From Setoptus koraiensis (Eukaryota > Animalia > Arthropoda): DNA of 64,000 bases. How positions within the stretch are numbered: the first letter of the stretch is position 1; each line of letters opens with the position of its first letter. Location: the NCBI GenBank assembly GCA_048013815.1, contig CM106586.1, positions 3,224,001 to 3,288,000 on the forward strand. The letters run 5' to 3'. Of the stretch, positions 22,925 to 33,100 are shown piece by piece. The translations under genes were made by a program, and so were the position numbers. The notes beneath the pieces were generated by a model. The model was given only the letters and a program-made list of their open reading frames with translations. It was not told where the DNA came from and searched no databases.

Positions 22925-25063
22925 ATGAATCGGAAGCAAATCGCAAAATTAAGGAAAAGCCTGGAGTTTTTTGAGCCTTGGTGCAAATGGCACATGGACG
23001 ATTGCGTTCAAGAGCAGTCTCTTGTGACATGGCATGAAATTGATGAACAATTTTCGTATGCCGTCTTCGAATTAAGCGAAACAATGTCAGGAAACATCGA
23101 GGACGGAGATCCGTTCGTGCTCAAGTTCCGGGATTTACGCGAAAAAAGACCACAGCCTATAGAAATCAGAGGCGCAATCGTGGAACCTCGCACTAACTCT
23201 GATAGAGATCTGATTTCGGGATCGACGAAAAATGTTTTGCTCATATTCATCGACAGAGCTAAGTTTTATCAACTAGGACAATCGAGCGATGTCACTATCA
23301 TCAACGCGGGCCTGTACGGATGCTACAGAAAGCAACTGCAGAATTTAAGTATTGGATTCAAGATGTTGGCACGAGATGCCTTTTTGAGCAAACTCTTCAT
23401 AAACTACCGATACAAGATGACAAGAGATGAGCTAAGCTTGGAAAATAGAATTACAGCAGCCACCCATACTCCGGTATTCCATCCTGATTGCAATGAAAGC
23501 CAACGAGATGTAATTGTTCGAGCCATCAACAATAGAATTACATTGGTTAAGGGGCCACCCGGCACGGGTAAAACATTCACCTCCGCTGTGCTGGTGCACA
23601 ACTTGAACAGAACTAAGAAAGAGGGCTCCAAAATATTAATCTGCACCTCAAGTAATGTGGCGCTTGACAATATAGCCATCAAAATACTGGAGCTATATGG
23701 TGATGAGCTTAAAATTGTCAGAGTTCGATCGCTCAAAGCAAAGCAAAACAATCCAACTAAAACTGTCGATTTCCCGTATTTAGACGAGACCTTGATGACA
23801 GAAAAGGGTGAACTTTTCACGAAGTATCAAAACTTACTAAAGAAAGAACAAAAGAAAGTTCGTCAACTTTTGGAGAAAAGTCGTGATTTGAGAGAACTGG
23901 AAGAGGAATCCGAGCGTACAATTATGAATAGATCGGTATTACTTTTGGAGAAAAGTCGTGAATTGAGGGATCTGGAAGAGGAATGCGAGCGTACAATTAT
24001 GAATAGAGCTGACGTTATATGCACCACTTGTTGTAGTGCATCACGAATATCCAAACTCTTTGAAGAATCGTTGGAGATAGATTCGTTGGTTATCGACGAA
24101 TGCAGTCAAGTTGCTCAACCAGAGGCTCTGCTACCTATTAGATATTGTCCCAAGAGAGTTGTTGTTGTTGGTGACGATAAACAATTGGGCGTCGTAATCA
24201 GTTGGGAAATAAGAGATTGTTTACCTGATTTCACAAATAGTCGCCTATCTTTGTTTGAAATGTTGAAAAGAAAAGGCCTCGCGCCGAATCTTCTAGATGT
24301 TCAATATAGAATGCATCCCATATTGGTTGAGTTCTCCAACAATACTTTCTATAACAACAAAATCAAAAATGGCCTGGAGCCCGAAGATAGACAGTGGTCA
24401 AATCCCAATTGTAAATCTCCTTTTCCTCTAGCAGATAAGCCATTATATTTTCACTGCCACAACTATCCAGAGAGCGAGGACACAAAATGCAAATCGCGGT
24501 ATAATACGGAAGAGGTAGATATTGTTGTTGAAACAATAAAAGTGTTATTGTCTAGAGGAGTTGACGGCGGTATGATCGGAGTGATAACGCCTTACAAATC
24601 TCAGTGCAAAAAAATCAAGAGCAAGTTGAGCCAAATGCGTCATGACTTAGCCACTGCGAGAGGCCGCAGAAGAAACGGCGCGAGAAGGAAAAATAAGAAG
24701 CTTATAACTGATTTACATCACATAGAAGTTGCAACCGTTGACGCGTACCAAGGCAGAGAAAAGGACTACATTATCCTATCAATGGTTCGATCATTGGAAC
24801 GAGGCAAAATCAGTTTTGTTTCCGACAGTAGACGACTCAACGTCTCACTGACTCGAGCTAGATTTGGTATGGTAATCATAGGTAATCCTTTAGTTCTCAA
24901 ACGGGAAAACTTACTACATAAGTTGATTCTTTATGCATCGTGTAACGGTTTACTCTATGATAGAGTTCTGTCAGAAAACTCTGAAAGCATCACGATGAGT
25001 ACGTTCGAAAGGCAGCACCCATGTATTAGAATACCTACTTCGTTCCCAACCACCAGACAGTAG
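22925..25063 (+). CDS. UPF1-like: UPF1-derived SF1B helicase, paralog B, intronless, with an internal 75-bp duplication
   Basis: Same helicase motif set as paralog A; ATG 22925 (MNRKQIAKLRKSL) aligns with paralog A MDRRKQAELKKSL; an in-frame TGA lies just upstream of the TTG at 22889. Confidence 0.9.
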   Translation: MNRKQIAKLRKSLEFFEPWCKWHMDDCVQEQSLVTWHEIDEQFSYAVFELSETMSGNIEDGDPFVLKFRDLREKRPQPIEIRGAIVEPRTNSDRDLISGSTKNVLLIFIDRAKFYQLGQSSDVTIINAGLYGCYRKQLQNLSIGFKMLARDAFLSKLFINYRYKMTRDELSLENRITAATHTPVFHPDCNESQRDVIVRAINNRITLVKGPPGTGKTFTSAVLVHNLNRTKKEGSKILICTSSNVALDNIAIKILELYGDELKIVRVRSLKAKQNNPTKTVDFPYLDETLMTEKGELFTKYQNLLKKEQKKVRQLLEKSRDLRELEEESERTIMNRSVLLLEKSRELRDLEEECERTIMNRADVICTTCCSASRISKLFEESLEIDSLVIDECSQVAQPEALLPIRYCPKRVVVVGDDKQLGVVISWEIRDCLPDFTNSRLSLFEMLKRKGLAPNLLDVQYRMHPILVEFSNNTFYNNKIKNGLEPEDRQWSNPNCKSPFPLADKPLYFHCHNYPESEDTKCKSRYNTEEVDIVVETIKVLLSRGVDGGMIGVITPYKSQCKKIKSKLSQMRHDLATARGRRRNGARRKNKKLITDLHHIEVATVDAYQGREKDYIILSMVRSLERGKISFVSDSRRLNVSLTRARFGMVIIGNPLVLKRENLLHKLILYASCNGLLYDRVLSENSESITMSTFERQHPCIRIPTSFPTTRQ
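23866..24007 (+). repeat. 75-bp (25-aa) in-frame tandem duplication in paralog B
   Basis: LLEKSRDLRELEEESERTIMNRSVL / LLEKSRELRDLEEECERTIMNR; nucleotide copies start at 23866 and 23941. Confidence 0.9.
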
Positions 25064-26577
25064 ACTGTCAACGGGATAAATGTATAAGATGACTCTTCAA
25101 GTCGTTCATGTTCGCTGCCAAACCAGAATTATTAAAAATCCCTTTTGCTCATGTAGAATTACATGTAATGTTATTTTCCGGTGATCCTTTCTCACGATGA
25201 GTTGTAACGCCAACAATATGTGATGATATTTGTAGTTGAAGAGAGCAGTAGTTCGGGTTGGCTGTGTTTTCTTGTGTAAATTGTCGCTTAATCAGTAACT
25301 ATCGTGTCCAGTCCTCTAAATCCTCTCGAAGGCCAATGGGCAATAATACAGTTTGAGAACTAAAGTTTGTTCAACCAAGAGCTTGTTGAGTGACTTCGGA
25401 CCTCAGTAGATTCGTTCAGCGGCCGACCAACCAGCGGATAATTGTATTCTCGGCTATGGTCAGTGAAAAGATACAAGATTTGTTAGTAAGTCCGTAGTCA
25501 GTGGTAAAATTGTGGTGAAATTTGATCAATGATTGACCGTGTAACTCACTCATTATTCATGTAGGAAAATATCATATGAAATAAGTTGGCTCTCTCCTTC
25601 AGTTGCCCAATCTGCTTCTATGGGTGGTCTGAAGCTAGTTCCGGAGCGTGCCTACAATTTTTATTGCGCCATAAATGAATATGTTTTTAATAGTCTCTTT
25701 GGCTGTTCAAGTGCATGTGATAAAAGTACCGAGAACAATCTCAATATATACAGGGTGTCACTAGTAAATGTCATAATGTTCGACCCTGAAAGTTTGAATT
25801 TTTTCAAGAGTGTACAAGGTGTACATTCGACAAAGATGATGGACCTAGTGGAATGGCTGCCAGTTGGGAGACACCCTATATCACGGAATGTCGCGGGTGC
25901 TCTGCACATTAGAAACTGTAACAATGACTGCATAGTTGATTGCATAATGTAAACAATGAAGGGCATTAGATGGCGAGCAAAAATATCAGATAGATCTTCT
26001 TGAATGTTCGACACACAATAATGATGATAATCTAGTTATTGTATCATCCGATTCGATTCAATTCAATACGATATTTCATAAGTGCGTGTTAACAACGCTA
26101 GCGACTGATTGCGATGCAAGGGTTATCCAAGTCCACCGCGAGAGTGCTTCGTTAGTGGAGTGTTTCGTGTTCAACGAGTTGGTTGTGCTGCCTGTGAGGG
26201 TGGCAATGTCGCTTGAAAGATGACTCATTAATATTAGATGGCTTGTAGTGAATCACATTTCAAGATAGCAGCACAATTCTATTGGTGGCGCCACTTTTCT
26301 TGTAGATAATTGTCCGTTTGTTTGCACGTTTCAGTGTCTCAATTACTTTATCATCAAACAGTTGTAACATCAATTATTTATAACATCAAATTATTGTAAC
26401 ATCGGATGACAACTGCGTTCTTACACGAAGCCGTGAATGTCAATAAGCCACAAGCATTGAACAATCATTTTTTTACACTAGATAATCTATAATTAGTTTT
26501 GAAAAATTGCCAGACGCACACTTGACAAACGCATACTTATATTATTCAGCCAATCAAAATAGTTATTAGTGAGAGCT

Positions 26578-28845
26578 ATGAAACAAAAAATCTCGAATTA
26601 CCAACAATACAATGCACTCGGTCAACTCAAGCGAAGTTTGGCATTCTACTCTGACTGGATCAATTGGAACATGGACGATAGCACCCAAAAGAATGTCAGT
26701 GTCGAATGGAGCCAGCTTGAGGATGCAGAAACCAACACCACCTGTTTTGTGGCTGAATTCTTTCCTGACAAAGGCTTTGCCAACGGGCTAGAGGACGGCG
26801 ATATGCTTAGGGTGGACTATAAAGAAGATGGCGCAAATATTAGCATTTGGGGCGTTGCTTCACCTGTCATGATATCGCAAGACACCAACAACAACATCAA
26901 TATCAATAATGGCAACACTAACGTTCCGGTCAGAGCTGTTGCTTGTGCTAGCGACAAAACAAAAACTCAAGAGATGAAAGTGCAAATAAAATTTCCGCCA
27001 CCAGAAGGCAAAAAGAGGTCCGCTGACGAGCGTAACATTCGATTTTGTATTGATAGTTTGGCAGATGTCACAATTGTCAACGTTGGCCTCTTTAACAATT
27101 ATCGCAAACAAAAAAAGGTCATCGGTTATAAAATCCGAGAGTTAGATTTGGACAAGTTTTTGTGTGAGGTTCTCTGCGTCAATAGCCACAAAGATGACGA
27201 TGATAAAGATGAAAATGATGATGGAGAGCGCAAAAGCAAACTAAACAGATGCCTGCCCAACATAGATGAAGACAACAAACTCCGTCAACAGGTTATATTA
27301 GATAATATGACAAATAGAAATTTTGAACTGAACGAAAGCCAGAAGACCATGATTCAGCACGCTCTTAACAACAGAATCACATTGGTTATGGGGCCACCGG
27401 GCACAGGCAAAACATTCACTTCGGCCGTGCTTGCATGCAATCTACATGAAACTAGGATGAAGGGGAAAGATTCCAAAATATTGGTCTGTGCCTCGAGCAA
27501 TGTGGCCGTTGACAATCTGGCCATGGCCATTCACAAATTGAACGCTGTCAATGTCATCAGGATACGATCACACAGAAACGAGAAGCACGATAACACTCAA
27601 TCGTTTCACTTGGACAGGATTATGAAGTTAAGCAAAGGGGAACCTTTTGATAGTTATCATTCATTGATGAAAAGAGAGAAAAAGTTGCATGGCAAATTTT
27701 TCTGCTTAGACAAATCGGAGGAACTGTGTAAACTCGAGTATCAATGTGAGCAAATAATACTTGGAGATGCTGACGTTATTTGCTGCACTTGTAGCGGATC
27801 AACAAGACTAGAGAACTTCCGAATAGAGGTTGATTCTCTGATCATCGATGAATGTAGTCAAGTTACAGTGCCTGAGGGGCTGTTGCCCATTCAGTTTAAC
27901 CCCAAACGTATCATATTGGTTGGCGACGACAATCAACTGGGTCCTGTCATTAAAGATAGATACGCCGAAAAATATTGTGATGATAATCTAGTACTTTACT
28001 CTAAGCTCAAGATGACAGGTTTTGTGCCAAAGATGCTTGACATGCAGTACAGGATGCATCCTGAGCTTGTCAAATTTGCCAATGAAGAATTCTACGAGGG
28101 CCGTATTAAAAGTGGCGTTGGCCATGATGAAAGACGCTGGACTGATTTGAAACATAAATGTCCATTTCCCATTAGTTGCACTCCAATATATTTTCAATGT
28201 CACATCTGCCATGAGACCAAAGATCACAATTCAACTTCGCGTCATAACATTGGCGAAATAAATATTGTTATAGACACGATTAAGGTATTATTATCTAGAG
28301 GAGTGCAAAGCAAAGCGATTGGAGTAATAACTCCCTACAGTGACCAATGTAAGCTCATTATTGACAAGCTGAAAAAAATCACGCGCCAATCCCGATTTAG
28401 AGACAAGGGTAGGAACAATAAAAAATGGGTAGACAATCAAACATTAGCGAAATGCACCGAAGTTGAGGTGGCAACAGTCGATGCTTATCAAGGTCGCGAA
28501 AAAGACTATATCATTGTTTCATTTGTGAGATCTTCGATGCGCGGGGGCCAAAACTTGGCCTTTATAGCAGACAAAAGAAGGCTCAATGTTACTCTTACTC
28601 GTGCCAAATACGGAATGATCATTATTGGCAACCCGATCGGCATGGAAAGCGAACCCCTGTTAGAAAGGTTTATCAAAGATCTGTCAGATAGGCATCTTCT
28701 CTATGCTGAAGTCTTATCGGAGATTTCCAAGCCCGTGACACTGGAGCAGTTTGAATCAAAATATTCTCATCTCAAGAAACAACCCCCTAAAATTGAAGTA
28801 ACACAAATACAACCTCGTGAAATAGAAATAATACAAATAGACTGA
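26578..28845 (+). CDS. UPF1-like: UPF1-derived SF1B helicase, paralog C (most divergent), intronless
   Basis: NESQ, GPPGTGKT, LVCASSNVAVD, ADVICCTC, IDECSQ, VGDDNQLGPV, QYRMHP, GVITPY, DAYQGREKDYII, RLNVTLTRAKYG. Confidence 0.9.
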   Translation: MKQKISNYQQYNALGQLKRSLAFYSDWINWNMDDSTQKNVSVEWSQLEDAETNTTCFVAEFFPDKGFANGLEDGDMLRVDYKEDGANISIWGVASPVMISQDTNNNININNGNTNVPVRAVACASDKTKTQEMKVQIKFPPPEGKKRSADERNIRFCIDSLADVTIVNVGLFNNYRKQKKVIGYKIRELDLDKFLCEVLCVNSHKDDDDKDENDDGERKSKLNRCLPNIDEDNKLRQQVILDNMTNRNFELNESQKTMIQHALNNRITLVMGPPGTGKTFTSAVLACNLHETRMKGKDSKILVCASSNVAVDNLAMAIHKLNAVNVIRIRSHRNEKHDNTQSFHLDRIMKLSKGEPFDSYHSLMKREKKLHGKFFCLDKSEELCKLEYQCEQIILGDADVICCTCSGSTRLENFRIEVDSLIIDECSQVTVPEGLLPIQFNPKRIILVGDDNQLGPVIKDRYAEKYCDDNLVLYSKLKMTGFVPKMLDMQYRMHPELVKFANEEFYEGRIKSGVGHDERRWTDLKHKCPFPISCTPIYFQCHICHETKDHNSTSRHNIGEINIVIDTIKVLLSRGVQSKAIGVITPYSDQCKLIIDKLKKITRQSRFRDKGRNNKKWVDNQTLAKCTEVEVATVDAYQGREKDYIIVSFVRSSMRGGQNLAFIADKRRLNVTLTRAKYGMIIIGNPIGMESEPLLERFIKDLSDRHLLYAEVLSEISKPVTLEQFESKYSHLKKQPPKIEVTQIQPREIEIIQID

Positions 28846-30164
28846 TGAAGTCTTTCACAGTCATGTAAGCACGATAAAACTCATGTACATATTCATCAAC
28901 GATGTGTTGCAAGTGTGTTGCAACACCCGAGATGTTTAGCTCAAAAGCAATTACTACTACCTACATCTAAAATAGACTACTCATAAAGTGCACTTGTTAT
29001 TACTATAAGAAAGATTTTAAAATAAAGATGAATGACTTATTCATTCCATTATTTGTATATTGATTGCTAACAACAATAATCTATTGTTATTTAGCTTCAG
29101 GGTGTTATGACTTTGTGCCACCTAAGGACAGTCTGGGAGAGAGAGCGACACTTACACGATCTCCATGAGTGTTCAGACGTGTGTCCTCATGAAGGAAACG
29201 GATAAAAATTGACTATCTGTATTTGATGAAGCTCATTGCACAGTGGATAGAGCCCGGTTAATGTTGTGGGTGGAGTTATTAAAAAAAAATGAGCAGTCCA
29301 TCTCTTGCCTATTAGACTATCGATGTTTGAATGTGATCATTAATGAGTTAGTGGCATCTGAGAAGTTTTTAATTTCAATCGATAAGATAATTATTATTAT
29401 ATTTTAACGATGAATGATTGAGTGAATTGGCAAAAACGTTTGAGCCTGAAGTAAAACTAGTGCAAAGGCGACAGCAACAACAACAACCATTACCATCAGA
29501 CATCACCTGGCCCTACGCTAGTTATTGAACCATGGCACCTGTCGCATGTTAATTTGTTTCGACTATCCGGCTTTGTTTAGTTGAATTGATTATGAGGTTG
29601 TTTTGTATTCTCATTCTTTCTCTCTGCCTTTCGCTCTACCGCCGTCGTTGTTGTGCGTGTCGTGCCATTGGTAGCTACTACTAGCCAAATATATGCTTAT
29701 TAACTTCTCTTGCCGTACTGTTGCTGTAGTCGTTGTAGTTGTCGTGATAAATCGTGAGCTAGCTATATCGACCCTCGAAATTCGCAGAACAACCGCTACA
29801 ATTACAAACAATCCAGTACGTTATGTTATATGCTTATGGAATAACTTTTGTATGTTTCTCTTTTATTTCATTCATTCCTGTTGTGTTCGTCGCCATCGTC
29901 GTCGTTGTTGTTTTGTTTAGCTAGCCATGTGCAAATATTATCACCTCTCTACTACTATTATTGCCATTGCAAACAAAGCGACTCCTCGCACCAACAACAT
30001 CCATCCAACAACTATTGCAACAACTATGATCGATAGAGGCTTGATTGTCTAGATAAGCCACACCTATTAGTTGGGTGTAAAAGCAAACAACAACAGAGAG
30101 TTATGGCTGAAGAGCCGAAGAGCCACCGGTTCAGTTAGGCGACATTAAGAGTTATCAATGCATA

Positions 30165-33100
30165 ATGGCTGACATAGCTGACACTACTCATGACCATTTA
30201 GATGAATTCATCATTCTTGATGATGAGGTGTCGTATTCTTTACTCTGCCTTAATCTTACGCAATGTATGTGTTTGTCACGCCAGTGTGTGTATATTTAGT
30301 TGAGCTCTCATTTTGATCCGTCTAGAGGGCTGTGAGATTTTTATAGGGTGACAGCATTAAGCAAGTGCCAAATAATAATAGTGATGCCCCATAATATGAT
30401 CGTTGAATCATCTCATCTTTCATTGCAAATTAGAATTAGTAACAGCAATAGCAGTATTAGTATGAGTTAGTGATAGATTGATCTAATGCTAGTTTAGCAA
30501 TACTCAATCAATAATGAGACATATAAAATGGCGAGAGTGGTGAATAGTGAACACTCAGACTTGATGACTAGACCATTTACACGAGGCGATCAAACTAGGC
30601 AAAGTGGCGCTCTAAGTGAACAACAAAAGTTTCATTTGTATTTGTGGTACAAACTTTTAGTTTATGGACGCCGTCAAGTTTATCTGAATATACAAATAGT
30701 AAGATATATACGGCGCTTATGGCGTCTTCATTTTAGCCAAACAAGACAGCAACAGCCGCCATCTTATTACGTAATAAAGTACATAATTACGAAGCGCTTT
30801 AAATGGGATCATTATCATCATTTTATGTCCACTCACCCTTACAAATCATTACATAAACAACTGAAGCAAAACGAGCAACAGCAACACGAACGACCAAAGC
30901 AACGCCACTGCTGGCGTCAAACTAGACACCAGCGCCAACAGAGTCGCCAACAGCAATTACGTCATAGTCGCATGCCCAACAGAGCAGCTGATAATCAAGA
31001 GAGCCAACGGTATCCCATTGCGAGAACGACCACGACTGCGCTGCGCACCAGCCAAATACCTCGACTGGTACTAGTAGTGGGGCGCGAGTTGCGTGACTAT
31101 GGCCAGCATGCCGCTGATGGTGACAATTCAGCGCTAGCGCCCATGAAGCAACAAAAGAAGCATAGCGTTCGCGATCTCACAGGGCCACAAGCGTCGCCTA
31201 GTGCCATTGTTGGGGTTCGCGAACCGTCGAGCATTGCGTTAAGTGGCACATATACGCCAGTGCCGATGGAGGCCATGTGTCAAACAACAATGCAGGGCGA
31301 GCAACGCAGCGGCAGCCGCGCAACTCCCAAAGATGGGCCAGCGGCGGATTTGCAGCGTGAGGCCGCAGGTTCGAGAGCTTCAAGAGACAATGCATCATTG
31401 TTAGAGCGTCGTCATCATATGTTTACCAGCGGCACTGTCGCCAGCGATAGTGATTTAAACATTGCAACTGCCAAGGATAAGCCAGGACTATCATGCAATG
31501 ATGGCGAAGATAATAATAACAAAAAGCAGCACAAGAGATCTATATTTACAGCAGCAGCAACAACAACAGCACACGATAATAAATCGCATGTACACTCTAC
31601 AAATATCAGTTTAAATTATATAGACACCAGCACAGAGAACAGCGAGCAGCAGCCCTCGTCGAGTCGACTGCTAACTAGACCAAGCTGTGACGATAGTATC
31701 ACAGGTGAGCATCGACAAAAACGGCAGCAACAGAAACAGACTGTCGAACAGAGGACAGAGCGTACGACAAAAGCACAAGTCGGCGGTATTATTGCATTGG
31801 ACGACGATCAGTCAGATAAGCTCGACAAAGGAGAACGGCGGACCGATTTGGATATTAAAGCCGGACACATCGGAGCACCACAACAGGATATTGGGGCTCG
31901 CAAGGCAGCGTTGGACATTAGTAGCAAGCGCGGCGATTATACCAAGTGTGACAATAGCAGAAACAAACAGAGGCCCAGGCAGTCGGTGGTGTTTGCACAA
32001 CTGGAACAGGAACAAGAGACAGGTTGTCATCGACATCCAGCCGACGACATTACTGACACATTGCAACCGGATTCGTTGCAATCAGATTCACTGCAACCCG
32101 ATTCTTTGCAGGCCGAACTAGAGCATCAAACCGAGCAACAGCAATCGCAGGCGCGCCGGCCACCTTCCAGAGGAGCAGCTAGTAAAATTGATGACACCAA
32201 TAGGGTTTCATTGTTTATTGCCAGCTCGTCAGCCAGTGAAAACTCATCGCCAGCCAATCATGTTGCCAGCCAGAGCTCTAGTTCGCTAAAAGCACCCACT
32301 GAACAGGCCCGACAAGCAGCGGCAACTAATCCGACTGTCGCCGATACTAGCGGTCGAGATAATTACAACAGAGACACTAGAGAGCAACGAGCCATCAGTG
32401 GCAATATTAATTCGTCTCCAATAGCTTGTATCAGACGCAGTGACAAAATCAGCGCTTCCGATTTGGATTTTGTAAGCTCGAGAGGCTCGCTAGAGGACGA
32501 CAACATCGATGAGGACAGCATAGACGGGCAAGAACAATTCATTGAGGGCGACAACACGTCAAGAGGTCAGGTGACCTTGCCTCCGTCCTTATCGTTGTCA
32601 AATTTGGAATCGTGCAAGCTATTCTATTCGGGCCGGCCGTATCCGCCAATATTAGACAGAACAAGAAGAACAAGACGGAAGTCTCTAGTTAACTCGCGCA
32701 GAGAGTCAGCAAACGAGGACACCAGTCGCAATCATCTCAGATCGGCCAGTTCTGACTATTTTTCTCACAAAAGCTCATCCCCGTCAATTGTTTCCACTGG
32801 CAATTATCGTGCAATACCAGCTCGCGGCGAATCAAATGTGATTAGCGTGCGCGGCACAACTTCAACTTCAACAAATCTAGATAACAAACAATCTAGCGAA
32901 TTATCTCTTGTACGAACACTATCAAGAGATACCTGGCAAAGCAGCGGTGAGTTGGCAAATAGTCGTAGGCCTGTAATACAAAGAGCCATATTATGCAAAG
33001 TGGTAGCTGCGGATGACCCGATCAGGAGCTCGATATCAGCCGCAAAGAGCAGCCCCTCAATAGTTGAAATCAAATCGGACGAACAACAGCCTGGTACCTT

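Noticed and set aside
26360-26405. Three imperfect tgtaacatcaa(a)ttat units upstream of paralog C
   Set aside because: Short AT-rich slippage repeat with no spacer structure; not CRISPR-like.
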